A stretch of 64,000 nt of DNA, from positions 32,001-96,000 of the forward strand of contig CAWGXH010000004.1 of assembly GCA_963826525.1 (NCBI GenBank), given 5' to 3'. Made by a program: the position numbers and the translations under genes. This document shows positions 44,734 to 56,073 of this stretch, piece after piece. The stretch comes from an uncultured Methanomicrobiaceae archaeon (GTDB taxonomy: Archaea; Halobacteriota; Methanomicrobia; Methanomicrobiales; Methanoculleaceae). Under the pieces are notes generated by a model that did not search any database, had not been told where the DNA came from, and was given only the letters and a program-made list of their open reading frames with translations. Numbering within the stretch: position 1 is the stretch's first letter; every line of letters begins with the position of its first letter.

Positions 44734-46683
44734 ATGGAGACCGGGTCTGGAATGAAAATTCGATCACTCGAAAAAATGGCCAATATTTTCCCGTACCTGG
44801 TACTATCCGCCTATATCGCAGGCTGCATCTTCTGCTTCTTGATCGACAAAATGAGTTACCTGATCAACGGTTCGATAATGGCGGTTCCCGCAATTCTCGG
44901 ATCCTTTGCGTTCATATTCATAAAAAGAAAGGATCTCGACCTGTCAGAGAATCCGGAGCTGTTTCGATACAACCTTTCAGCCTCTCCGATACTATTCCTG
45001 CTGATCTATGCAATTACCATTTCGGCCTTTTTCATAACCCCGGTTGATTCCAATTGGGGTTTACTCACGGTGCTCATTCTGTATGGCATAATTTTTGTCC
45101 AGATTTTCTCCACGCGGCTCCTACCGGGAGTCGTGCTCTTTGAGCTCATGCTCACCCTCGCAGTCACTATCTACAACTACACTCTGCGACCGGCTCTGTA
45201 CTTCGGGACGACGGATATAATGCCGCATATCCAAATGTCCACCGTCACCTATCTGTCAGGGCACGTTATCTCAGGCGAACTCGGAACATACACGTACTTT
45301 CCTCTGTATCATATAGCCGTGGCCATATCTTCGCACGTACTCGGTCAGGATATCCAGACATCGCTCTTTATCACCACCGGCCTGATATTCACCTCAACGG
45401 TACTGTTCCTGTATTACCTGGTCAACAACGTATTCCGCAATGAACAGATCGCCCTTCTGGCTGTTCTTGCATATGCAATGAATGCCGACGTCATATATTA
45501 CGGCACTTATATGGTGACGAGAACCATGGCTTACATCGGGTTTCTCATCCTCCTGTACCTGCTTTACTCCATGGCAGACACGAAAACCGGCACAGACCAT
45601 GCCGTCGCCAGGCCTGCCACAAGAAGGATATTTGCCGTTATCACGGTGATTTTCATTCTGTTGACCCACCAGGTTTCCATGCCCATGATCATCATCCTGA
45701 TCGGGCTCTTCTTTGTCCTCGAACGGCTAGTCGGTGAAAGGAGACGTATGAGTCCGGCCTTCCTGATGGTTCCCGTCTCCCTGTTGGCCTTTTACTGGCT
45801 TTTCATAGCCTACCCCTTCCTCAATTACCTTGCCCCGCGCGCTGAGCTGTCCTTATACCAGAATATTGTCTTCACCGAAGTGGTGTACCAGGGCTGGAGT
45901 TTCCTCCTGAGTCAGGTAGATTCCCTCTTTGTCGTGTTTTTTGCAGTGATAGGAGCTATCTACCTCATATGGAAGCAGCAGCCGAAGTATTCGATCCTGT
46001 TTGGCATGTTAGGATTGGTAGCGATCATCCTGAATGTTCCAAGCGTCCTTACGGTGATATTCCAATTAGTTTCAGTACTTCGCATTGATCGGTTTGCGAT
46101 CCTGTTTCTGCCGATTCTTGCCGTCGCAATGGGTGTCGGCATCTACATCCTCGCCCGATACCTGACCACCACAAGGATAGCACCACGGTGGATTGGGGTA
46201 GTGCTGATCGCTCTGGTCGCCCTCTACGGCATCAGTTCCCTCGGGTTCGTCAAGGAAGAGCAAAATTACATCCGCTACTCCTTCAATCAGGACGAAATAA
46301 CCGGGTTTGACCACATAGTAGCGACGGTGCCGAGCGGATCTTCTCTCTATTCAGACTACTATACACTGCGGTTCTTCGGAATGAAAGAGATCAGCGAGTC
46401 CAAGCGGCTGGGACTGCCTTACTACACAAATTCTCTGATGCAACCTGATCTGGAGATGGTGGGGGGCAGAGGATATATCATTCTCCTAGGCGGCCAGCTC
46501 GTCCGCGGGGGGTTGCTCTTCGGAGATGCGGCGGCGATGGAAGAGGAGGAGCTTGATCCGGAGAACAGTCTTCAGCCCTACCTGCCTACCGGGGAGAATA
46601 TCCAAAATATTACACGCAGACTATCTGCGGAAGATAAGGTTTACTCAAATAGTGGGATAGACGTATACCGTTTCCTGAACTGA
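44734..46683 (+). CDS. Polytopic membrane protein (putative glycan polymerase / GT-C-like)
   Basis: Many TM segments, D..PH and YTYFPLYH loop, LTHQ, RIDRF, soluble C-terminus DKVYSN; polysaccharide-locus context. Confidence 0.6.
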   Translation: METGSGMKIRSLEKMANIFPYLVLSAYIAGCIFCFLIDKMSYLINGSIMAVPAILGSFAFIFIKRKDLDLSENPELFRYNLSASPILFLLIYAITISAFFITPVDSNWGLLTVLILYGIIFVQIFSTRLLPGVVLFELMLTLAVTIYNYTLRPALYFGTTDIMPHIQMSTVTYLSGHVISGELGTYTYFPLYHIAVAISSHVLGQDIQTSLFITTGLIFTSTVLFLYYLVNNVFRNEQIALLAVLAYAMNADVIYYGTYMVTRTMAYIGFLILLYLLYSMADTKTGTDHAVARPATRRIFAVITVIFILLTHQVSMPMIIILIGLFFVLERLVGERRRMSPAFLMVPVSLLAFYWLFIAYPFLNYLAPRAELSLYQNIVFTEVVYQGWSFLLSQVDSLFVVFFAVIGAIYLIWKQQPKYSILFGMLGLVAIILNVPSVLTVIFQLVSVLRIDRFAILFLPILAVAMGVGIYILARYLTTTRIAPRWIGVVLIALVALYGISSLGFVKEEQNYIRYSFNQDEITGFDHIVATVPSGSSLYSDYYTLRFFGMKEISESKRLGLPYYTNSLMQPDLEMVGGRGYIILLGGQLVRGGLLFGDAAAMEEEELDPENSLQPYLPTGENIQNITRRLSAEDKVYSNSGIDVYRFLN

Positions 46684-48293
46684 CGGATGCAGGAGAGAAT
46701 ACAGCGAGCGATTTTCTGCAAACGCCATTGTAATGAGCCCAGTGTTGGCAGAGAATGGGATCGACCAGCAGAACGATCACGCCGTGAATGAGAACTTTGC
46801 TTCATGCTCGTTGATAACGGGGGACGACGGAGGGTTTTAACTATCATGGCGGGCAGATGCGGCGGACCGCCCGCGATGGGATAGACCGTCTTTGCCGTGA
46901 TCCTGTCTGCGGGTTGACCAGCCCGAGAATGTATTTTCAGGGAGCAGATATCGACGGAAGATCGCTCTTCTCCCCGGAGCCCAAAATGAGCACCCCCGAA
47001 CAGTATCAGGGAGGGGAGAGTCTTTCTCATCGAAGCAGCCGTCTCCATAGGCGCCGGGAAGCGGAACAGCACGAGATCCCCGGCGGTGACGTGCGGCTTT
47101 GGCCCTACTATCGCATGAGGAGGCTCCCCCATCCGGTCAGAAGGGTTTCGATGGCCCCTGAATAAAGAGACCGCAACCAGAGAATGGCGAAACCCGCACC
47201 AAAATAGTGCATACCCGGGAATTTCACTGCAGGCCTCCACCCGGGGTACATTTCCGGCATCATACGGCATTCAAAAATGGGCTCAAGAGCCGATAGCCGT
47301 CGGATCTCTCTGGCTATCCGTGGTTATGTTGAGCGCCTTTCGGCCTGTACAACCGGGGAATGACGATAAAGCAACTATGGCAAATACCGGTATGGCGAGG
47401 AGCCTTGCCTGCAGCTCCGGTAGCATCAAGGATATTCCAGAAAGGTTTCGGAGCTCTCGCACTCGATCCGGCCATGAAGGGTGCTACAGACAGGACCTGA
47501 TCGTGAGTAGAACCAACCGGCGGGTCTCGCACTGCAGAAGAAGTATCGGAGGGTTTAAAATTACCCATTAAGGGGCAATTTGAGGACGGCTCGTTTTTAT
47601 ACAGAAATTATTATATAGTATGAGTTATCCCCTTGAGAAACACGGGGGCTCATAGGCATGCAGAATGAAAATATCATCGAATCATGGATTTCCCGGCAAC
47701 TCTCTGGAAATTTGCCAGCACTCAGGACTGAAGAGACATCCACGGCTCGTGCAGCTGTGGTCGTTGTACCCGATTCTTGCGAGGAACCGATCTTCAGGCT
47801 GTGCCGTCCTGCTCTCAGGGTAACGCTGCGGGACCACTCTGATCATCATAGACCTTTCCTGCGGGGGGATGCAAGATTCAACCAGTTCTCATATGCCGAC
47901 TTCCACGTTCAGGATAAACGTCAGGGATACAGGCCCCCCGGAAGACGCTCTTCACCGCAAATCAGGCATGCGCAGACGGGATCTCCGGAACCGGCGGGGG
48001 GCATTCCGGATGGCAGCTAAGCGTATACGACCTCCGGTGATCGCTCACATGCCGGGGACAGTCACCATACGATGCGGTGTCGATCGGACGACCCCAGGGA
48101 AGCTCCATCCCGAAACCTTCCCGGCGAGTATGATCAGGGGATTGTGGACAACGGGATCAGAGAAAGGCGGGGCTGCTGCCCTCACCCCAGCGAGGCCGGA
48201 TCGGCAGCCTCCAGACCACACAGAAGGTCGGAGAAGTCAGGCAGGAGAGGTTCCAGCGGCGAACGGCACAATTCGCGTCATCCGGAGTATGCC

Positions 48294-49499
48294 ATGAGAA
48301 TAGCGCAAGTAACTCCGTATTTTTTGCCGCATAACGGTGGGATGGAGCAGTATGTCTATAACTTAAGTAAAAGTCTGATAAACGATGGCCATACGGTTGA
48401 GGTGATAACTGCGAATGTGCCGAAGGGCATGGCTTTTGAGGTTATGGACGGGATTCCCGTCAGAAGATTAAGCTGCATCGGGGAACCACTCCGAAATCCT
48501 CTTGTTCCATCGATATTTTCCCTCCTGGATGAGTTGCAGCAGTTCGACGTAATCCACGTACACAACCTGTATAGTTTCATTACCCTTTCCGTTTCCCTCC
48601 TGAAAATGTTCTGCAAAAATCCCCTGGTCCTCACACACCACGGTCAGTTAATGTTCGGAGAGCCTCTGAAGGACGTATGCGTGAGGATCTATGAAAAGAG
48701 CATAAAGGGAATTATTTTAAACTCCGTTGATAAAGCCGTGGTTCTTTCACAATCAGATGCCCGGCATATCCCACTACACGGTGAACAGTCGGCGTTGGAT
48801 CGCGTGCACCACCCGGATCCGAGCGTGATCCCAATTCCAAACGGTTACGATAGCACGAAATTCCACCCGATGGACACCCGAAAGTGCAGGGATCTTTTGC
48901 AGTTACCTCAGGACAGGAAGGTAATTCTCAATGTCGGCAGGCTGTATGGCGCAGTAAAGGGGCATGAATACCTTATCAGAGCGATGTCTCAGATCGTAAA
49001 AGAACGAGAAGACATTCTCTGTGTCATTGTCGGTCCCGGGAGACTTTATAGCACCCTCGAAGGCCAGATCCGTTCGCTCGGCCTGGAAGACTACGTCATG
49101 CTCGCCGGCGGGAGGCCGCACGACGAGATCCCCCTCTGGGTGAATGCCTGCGATATCTTTGCCCTGCCGAGCCTCAGTGAGGGCAACCCGACGGTCATGT
49201 TTGAGGCCTTCGGGTGCGGAAAGCCTTTTGTGGGAACGAGGGTCGGTGGGGTGCCGGAGGTCGTCGTCTCCGATGACTACGGCCTGCTGGTCGAGCCCGC
49301 CGATTCCAACGATCTGGCGGAGAAGGTTCTGGTGGCGCTGGACCGGGAGTGGAACAGGGAGATGATCCTAGCGTACGCGGAGCGGTTTACCTGGGAGACG
49401 GTTACGAAAGAGATCACCGGAGTCTATGCTCAGGCTCTGGAGAGGAGTTACGAAAGAGATCACCGGAATCTATGCCCAGGCTCTGGAGAGAGGGGTTAG
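48294..49499 (+). CDS. Glycosyltransferase family 4
   Basis: MRIAQVTPYFLPHNGGME, KGHEYL, PSLSEGNPTVMFEA, TRVGGVPE; C-terminus altered by a tandem duplication. Confidence 0.9.
   Translation: MRIAQVTPYFLPHNGGMEQYVYNLSKSLINDGHTVEVITANVPKGMAFEVMDGIPVRRLSCIGEPLRNPLVPSIFSLLDELQQFDVIHVHNLYSFITLSVSLLKMFCKNPLVLTHHGQLMFGEPLKDVCVRIYEKSIKGIILNSVDKAVVLSQSDARHIPLHGEQSALDRVHHPDPSVIPIPNGYDSTKFHPMDTRKCRDLLQLPQDRKVILNVGRLYGAVKGHEYLIRAMSQIVKEREDILCVIVGPGRLYSTLEGQIRSLGLEDYVMLAGGRPHDEIPLWVNACDIFALPSLSEGNPTVMFEAFGCGKPFVGTRVGGVPEVVVSDDYGLLVEPADSNDLAEKVLVALDREWNREMILAYAERFTWETVTKEITGVYAQALERSYERDHRNLCPGSGERG
49401..49492 (+). repeat. 46-bp diverged tandem duplication
   Basis: GTTACGAAAGAGATCACCGGA(G/A)TCTATGC(T/C)CAGGCTCTGGAGAG at 49401 and 49447. 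Confidence 0.9.
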
Positions 49500-49607
49500 A
49501 ATGAAACAGGATCAGTCCGATACTCCCGATCTCGGCCGCTCAAGGAGAACTATCGAGTGGCCGCGACATCTCCACGGCAACCGCCCGGGTAAAAGGAGAA
49601 TCGCCGC

Positions 49608-50727
49608 ATGAAACTGCTGATCTGTACAACGGAATATTTTCCACACGGCGCAGGTATCGCCAATGTCGTCTACAATATCGTAGAGCAACTCAAGGGCAAG
49701 GGTTTTGAGTGCACGGTCTGCTCTCCGACCGGCCCGGACATCGAACTCGGCAGTTGGGGCTTAATTGAGAAGGCAGGGGTTCTCGGGCTGCTCAACTACT
49801 GGCATCAGGTTTCACGGTACTTTAAAGGCAATGATTTTGATGCTGCCTGGCTCCAGAACCCGTTCATCGTCACTAAAAATCCATTTCAAGCGCTGCCTGG
49901 TGACGATGCACTCGACCTACTCCGGATCGAGCGCCAAAGGAGTAGGAAATCTTCCGATCCACCTGTATGAGTCAGTCGTTGCACGCATGGAGCGTTCCTG
50001 CCTGACCCGCATGCCCCCCAGCACCCTCTTCACCGGCGTCGGGCAACCGGTTCGGGAGGAACTGGAGGAGATCGGGGTCGGGAGCGATCGGATCTCCTAC
50101 ATCGCCAACGGGGTCAACACCAGCCACTTCCACCCCTCTGCCGATAGGAAAGAGATCCGCGAGAAGTTCGGGATCCCTGAAGATGATCTCGTTCTCCTGA
50201 GTGTCGGGCGGATGACTCCGGCAAAACAGCCGTTTACCCTGATCGAGGTATTCGCGCACCTTGAGAAGAGACTGGGAGATACAACCCTCTGCATCGCCGG
50301 CGGCGGTGAGCTCCTCGAGGCGGCACAGGGACTGGCACGGAGGATGGGGTTACGCAACATCCGTTTTCTCGGATCTGTGGATCATGACCGGGATCTCCCC
50401 GGCCTCTATGCCTGCGCCGATTACTACATCATGGCCTCAAAGTATGAGGGGGGAATGCCACCGCTCACCCTTGCAGAAGCGATGGCCTCGGGGCTGCCGT
50501 GTATCGTATCCGATATCCCCAACCTGAGGATCGTGAACGAAGCGGACGCCGGGATAACAATTGATTTTGATGGGGTCTCAGAAGCGAGTGATATAATTTT
50601 TGAGTATCTGAAGGGGGATCATTCATCCCAGGCAAGAAACGCAAGAAGATATGCTGAGGATATGTTAAGTTGGGATATACTTTCAACGGAGTATTTACAC
50701 CTGTTCGAGCATCTGACGAACGGATAG
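49608..50727 (+). CDS. Glycosyltransferase family 4 (frameshift near 49890)
   Basis: EYFPHGAGIAN, IANGV, VGRMTPAK, SKYEGGMPPLTLAEAMASGLP. Confidence 0.88.
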
Positions 50728-51166
50728 TTCTGCCGTTCTGCAGAGGTAAATTAAAAAAAGGTTCCAAATCACCGTATATTCTTTCGCTGGAACACTCCAG
50801 TCACCGCCGATTCGATCAATGAGGCCGTCGCAACGCTTCTCCGTAGGCTGGTGACCTCTGCCGGCAAAGTCTTGGAGGGGATTGAGGATTCATGCCGCTC
50901 ACACCCTACGGACAGGGCATTCCCGCCATGCCAATTACGCCCGGCGCACAGGAAGGTTGAGTGCTTTACGGCTTTCCAGGGATCACTGCGGAGACGCATG
51001 GTGTGCAGACGTTTCTCACGAAACTCCCAAAGGTCTCCGTTAATATCGTAAAGTGCCACAAAGCCGAGTATTTTAGAGAGCGGAAGATTTAGGATAGCCT
51101 CGCCAGATACCCGGGAGTCGTTAGTTTTAAACCGGATAATGGTGCCACAGAGTGGTTGATACCCCT

Positions 51167-52439
51167 ATGGACGTGATTATTCTTGATGCACATCCGGTTG
51201 AGGATGTGCGACTTGAGAGGCATATAACATACCTTGCAGAGCAGGGAGTAAACGTCTCCAGGATACACTTCAACTACACAGACGAGTCTGCCAAACCGGG
51301 TATCTTCTCCCAGCACGGCGTGAAAGGGTTCAGGATTAACCGACTATTCTTCCAGGGAAAAATCAGGACCCTTTACTTCATGGGGTACTGTTTACAGACG
51401 GAAGATACTGGCAGAGTGCCGTAACGCGTTGAAGGCGCTCGATATCGACCCGGCACAGCCATCCGTTCTTCATGTTCACGATCCCCTGTTGCTGCCATTG
51501 GCCGGGATGCTGGTAAAAGGCAGCATGCCTAACTCCAGAGTTGTCTATGACAGGCATGAGGTCTACGAGGAATGGGTTCACTTCCGCGGGATCTCCATAC
51601 CTCTTTTCTACGAAGACCTCGCAAAGAAATGGATCTCCGGGACGGTTGTCGTCTCAGACCGTCATCTTGATGCAGTTCGCGGGTTGTTCCCGGAATCATG
51701 CACCATAGCGGTTCCGAACTATGCGGCATCCGCAGTTTATAATGCGGATACGATAAACGCGAAGATTCATCCGGCTCATCCGGGAGCGGAGGTACATGCC
51801 CTCTACATAGGGAGTCTCAATAACGAGGCCGATAGAGATGTCGACCTCCTCCTTGACATTGCAGATGCGGCCATTCAGTCATATGATAATGTGACCTTCA
51901 CGGTCGGTGGAACCTCGCTGGATGAGTATTCAAGAGTGAAGATTGATGATCTCGCCAGAAAACATAATGGGAGGTTCCAGTTCCTCGGCTATGTTCCGCG
52001 GGAGAAGACGATCGAGCTTACTGAGGAGGCCCATATCGGCTTCCTCCTCGTGAGACCGGACGCGAGGTACTGGGTGAAGACTTCGCCCAATAAAATTTTT
52101 GAATATCTGGTCTGCGGCACGGTTCCCATTATCAGAGCCGATGTCGATCATGCCGATGCACTTGAAAAATGTTCACTGATCTTTGACCGTTCCGATAGCA
52201 ATGAGACTATACTCAACGCTGCTCTTGATCTGCTCGGCAGTCCTGAAAGACTTAAGGAACATATGCAAAGTGCCAGAGAGTTAAGCATCAATTATACCTG
52301 GGAGTCTGTAGCATGCCGGTATATTGAGCTTTATAAAACGTTACTCTCTTCTGAGGTTTACCCCAATCCCTCTACAGGGAGAGAACATCCGAATACCGAC
52401 GGCTATCAGGTTCGAGAGGCGTCAACTACCCCTGACTGA
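51167..52439 (+). CDS. Glycosyltransferase family 4-like (frameshift near 51395)
   Basis: HPVEDVR, HVHDP, VYDRHE, VPNY, YIGSL, SPNKIFEYL, YTWE. Confidence 0.82.
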
Positions 52440-53110
52440 AGTCGCGGGCATGGTGCCGTAGGTGGCATCATGCTCTTTACAGGCCTGCGATTCAGCCTCT
52501 CTCCCGTAGCCCCGGAGCAGACCGCAATAGGCTCGCTGACGGGAAACCCGGGCAGCGAGATTCAACCCTTGCATTGAGATCGGCGTTCTCGACGTGTCCC
52601 CATGCACGGCACAAGGACTCGGCCAGACTCCTGCGGTTTTTCGGGTCGATGGAACCGCAGACGCTGCACTGCTGGTTTGTATGGGCTCCATCGATCACCT
52701 TTACCCCCACCCTGAGTTTTCCTGACCCTGTTACTCGATGAAGGATCTCAGCCGATGAAACTCCTATTTGCGGCGTCGCTCGCGCTGATCGTGTCTAAAC
52801 ATAGTCCACTGGAGAATACCCGCGAAATCTTCCGGGGCAATCCCCCGCTTCGTGCCTTCTGCGGTGCAAACGATACTCTTGCTGATGATGTGGTTGACGT
52901 TGTCCGTGAACCGGCTCTCTCTGCCGGGAGATCGTGCGCAGTTTCTCCCCGGCATCCTTCGGACTCTTCCGTACCGGTTCCGCACCTTCTCGGTAGCCTC
53001 GCTCGTAGCGATATTGCCATCGCTCGTCGTGGCGATGTTCACTACTCCGAGGCCTATGCCGAGATACTCAGTTGGAGTTGCTATTTCAACGTCAGGAACT
53101 TTCGTTTTCT
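52421..53110 (-). pseudogene. tnpB: Decayed IS200/IS605-family tnpB remnant with right end
   Basis: YLGIGLGVVNIATTSDG (RuvC-I D replaced by G), IAPED, TNQQCSVCG, ADLNA in broken frames; end hairpin finishing GTAGTTGAC at 52421. Confidence 0.85.
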
Positions 53111-53908
53111 CGCTTTCCGGGATACGGGTTTCCGGTTTTCCATTCCCACCGGTCTCTCCAGACTCCTCGTCGTTCACCACCTGATGTCAGAGAAGCGTGG
53201 GACCGTGACGGTCGGGATTGGACTGCTCATGGGCGCGAAAATCTTCGATTTCCAGAGATTTCGGATATTTGAACTTTATTCTTTCATGTGCAAAAATTTT
53301 GACGGACGGCACATGGCAACTGCCGGAGTCGGCATTCGTAAAAGCCGCCTGTGACACGAAGTATAAGAGTGGATTAGAGAGAAACAGAGGTTTTCATCTC
53401 TCGAGAGACTGATGCGCCTCTGACTCTTACGAAACTCCCGTTGTACGTCCGCTACAGATAACACTTCGCGTCATAACCAATTATCTCGAGAAATGCGCAA
53501 TTCTCAACCGTTTCGTTTGCCTATAGTAAAATGTTCCCTCTCCGGCTTGTAAATGGATTTTCATCAATCCGACTCCAAAAGTGCCTTAAGCGCAGTTTAA
53601 CTTTCATTTTGAACCTGAAATCAAAAATTCATGCCAGGATTCGAGGTCATTCTCTCTGCGTATCGGGAATTAGATCTGCAGCAAATGATTTATATACAAT
53701 AATGCCCTGAAACCCCGGTAGGTCGGGAGGTCTATGCCAGTCGTTGGCTGAAAAGTAAATCGTGCGTGGTCGAATCCTGTACCTTCTACAATAGACTTTC
53801 CGAAGCCTACCGGCAACACCTGACGATCACAAAAGGCATGCTTGAAGGTTCAGCTTTTGGGCGGAGGGACCTGGAAGTTGATCTATCAATAAGAACTGAG
53901 GGGGTAAT

Positions 53909-54475
53909 ATGGACAAACACACAAAACCCTGTACCTTCATGGCTCAGGAGGTATACGGATTCACCCGACCATCATATGCATTTCTCATGCAGAGGCTATG
54001 GAACGATTTTATCAAAGAACCTTCGATACCCGTCATTAAACAAATACCATACGCCGCTCCAGTGGGAAGACGGGTTCTGCAGGTGGTTTCACCTACAAGC
54101 AACGCCGCTCACAACACAACCGAATCGACACTTGCTCAAAAGGGGGATATGCCTGTGAAAGAGGTACTTGATCTGCAACCGGGGGAATTTGTCCAGGTAC
54201 GGTCTCTAGAAGAGATACGCACCACGCTGGATGAAAACGGGAAGTATAAAGGCCTACTCTTCATGCCCGAAATGAAGGATTTTTGCGGGAAAAAATACCG
54301 TGTATTTAAAAAGGTACGTTCAATCACCCTTGAATCGAATGGTGAAGTGAGGAAATTAAAAAGTCCTACAGTTTTTCTGGAGGATGTATACTGCGATGGG
54401 AAGAGGCACAATGACTGTGATAGATCTTGCCTGCTTTTCTGGAGGGAAGCATGGTTGCAACGGACTGAACCCTGA
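53909..54475 (+). CDS. Conserved-looking hypothetical protein with a Cys-rich C-terminal domain
   Basis: LQPGEFVQVRSLEEIRTTLD..GKYKGL.FMPEM..FCG...VYCDG..HNDCDRSCLLFWREAWL; GAGGGG SD. Confidence 0.7.
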   Translation: MDKHTKPCTFMAQEVYGFTRPSYAFLMQRLWNDFIKEPSIPVIKQIPYAAPVGRRVLQVVSPTSNAAHNTTESTLAQKGDMPVKEVLDLQPGEFVQVRSLEEIRTTLDENGKYKGLLFMPEMKDFCGKKYRVFKKVRSITLESNGEVRKLKSPTVFLEDVYCDGKRHNDCDRSCLLFWREAWLQRTEP

Positions 54476-54735
54476 CTCCTCCCCATTGCTCCCGGACTTC
54501 TGATGTACGATAATCCCCTTCACGTAGTGGATGCCTATGGAGAGGTATGTCCATACTTTTGCTGGCAGGGCATGGCGGGGAACATTTCTCGTTGGGCAGC
54601 AGCGGGCATATACACCATTTACTATCCACTGCATTCACATTTTCGGTATCGCGCATCAGGAACAGAATCCCATTGTATTTAAGGCAATTTTCGCTTCGCG
54701 GAGAGCGGTGTGCTCTTCTCCGTTCCAGATGTTAG

Positions 54736-56073
54736 GTGAACTACCCCGCCCTGAAGGGCGGGGCTTCCTGCTTCATTCTCCCTCTACCTGAGGCGAGTTC
54801 ACAGGCTCGACGGCGCGTTCCGCACCTGAAACCCCGACAAGATTCTGTTCTTGCAGGGCAAACTTTTTGATATTGATTGCCGCGTTGCTATCCCGATCAT
54901 GATGAGTGCCGCAGTCAGGACATACCCACTCTCGATCAGCAAGAATGAGATCCCGATGGATATATCCACACCGATTGCAGATCTTCGATGACGGATCAAA
55001 CCTCCCGATCTTCAGGAGAGTCTTTCCGTACTTCCGGCACTTGTCCTCCAGCATCGTGAAGAACGCACTCCACGAGACATCCCCAATACTCTGTGCCAAC
55101 GTATGGTTCTTCTGCATTCCAGCGACATTCAACGATTCCACTGCTATTGCTTGGTTCTCGCTCACGACTCGAAAAGAGAGGTTGTGCAGGAAATCGTTCC
55201 GCTGGTTGGCGATCTTCTCATGACACCTGGCAAGTTTTCGGATCGCTTTCTCCCGGTTCTTCGATCCCTTCACTTTCCGTGATACGCACCGCTGTAACAC
55301 CTTCAGCCGCTGGAGGGAGTTCTTAAGGTAGCGAGGGTTCTCGATCTTCTCTCCGGTAGAGAAGGTTGCGAAGTCTTTCAAGCCGACATCGATCCCGAGG
55401 GTGGTGTCCAGAGAGAACGACGTAGGTTCTGGTTCTGGCTTTCCATCATCGACAAGGATGCTGACGAACCATCTTCCAACCGAGGTCACGGAGACGGTGG
55501 CATACTTCATCTTTCCGGTGAATACCCGATGGAAGATTGTTCGGATCTCACCGATCTTCGGGAGTTTGATCCGACCTTGCTCGAAGTCAACGGCGTAATG
55601 TTGCGGTACCTGAAAGGACTGTACCGGGTTCTTCTTCGACTTGAACCGCGGGAAACCCTTCTTCTCCCGGAAGAACCGGGTGAAGGCATTGTCGAGGTTC
55701 TTGTTGGCACTCTGGAGCGATTGGGAGTTGACTTCTTTGAGCCACGAATGCTCTTCTTTGAGTGCGGGAAGACGGGTGTTCAGGTCGAAGCAGGAGAGTT
55801 TTCGACCTTCCTGCTCGTATGCCCGGATCTTCTGCTCCAGAGAATAGTTGTACACAAACCGACAGGCATGGATGTGCCGCATGAGGAGTGCGGTCTGCTC
55901 CTGGTTGGGATACATCCGATACTTGTAAGCTTGGAGCATACAAGGATTATTGCGCCTTATAATAAGATGTAGTTTCCGGTAATCTCTCAAAACGTATGAC
56001 GAAGGGCGGCTCCGCTTTCATCCCCGGCCTAAAGACCGGGGTCTTTCCGCTCCGCCCCCTTCACCCCCGCAAG
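54736..56073 (-). mobile_element. IS200/IS605-family element, tnpB-only (IS1341-type)
   Basis: LE hairpin CCCCGGTCTTTAGGCCGGGG (56022-56041) with flanking TTTAT (56074-56078); RE GAAG-CCCCGCCCTTCAGGGCGGGG-TAGTTCAC ending 54736; no tnpA. Confidence 0.9.
54773..55939 (-). CDS. tnpB: RNA-guided endonuclease TnpB
   Basis: AYKYRMYP HTH, GFPRFKSK, GIDVG (D), AVESL (E), CNRC/CPDC Zn finger, DRDSNAA (D); uninterrupted. Confidence 0.95.
   Translation of the reverse strand: MLQAYKYRMYPNQEQTALLMRHIHACRFVYNYSLEQKIRAYEQEGRKLSCFDLNTRLPALKEEHSWLKEVNSQSLQSANKNLDNAFTRFFREKKGFPRFKSKKNPVQSFQVPQHYAVDFEQGRIKLPKIGEIRTIFHRVFTGKMKYATVSVTSVGRWFVSILVDDGKPEPEPTSFSLDTTLGIDVGLKDFATFSTGEKIENPRYLKNSLQRLKVLQRCVSRKVKGSKNREKAIRKLARCHEKIANQRNDFLHNLSFRVVSENQAIAVESLNVAGMQKNHTLAQSIGDVSWSAFFTMLEDKCRKYGKTLLKIGRFDPSSKICNRCGYIHRDLILADREWVCPDCGTHHDRDSNAAINIKKFALQEQNLVGVSGAERAVEPVNSPQVEGE

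Noticed and set aside
52421-53110. Nuclease-dead TnpB domesticated as an RNA-guided repressor (TldR-like)
   Set aside because: Besides the D-to-G change, the gene lacks its N-terminal half and is broken across frames; it is a remnant
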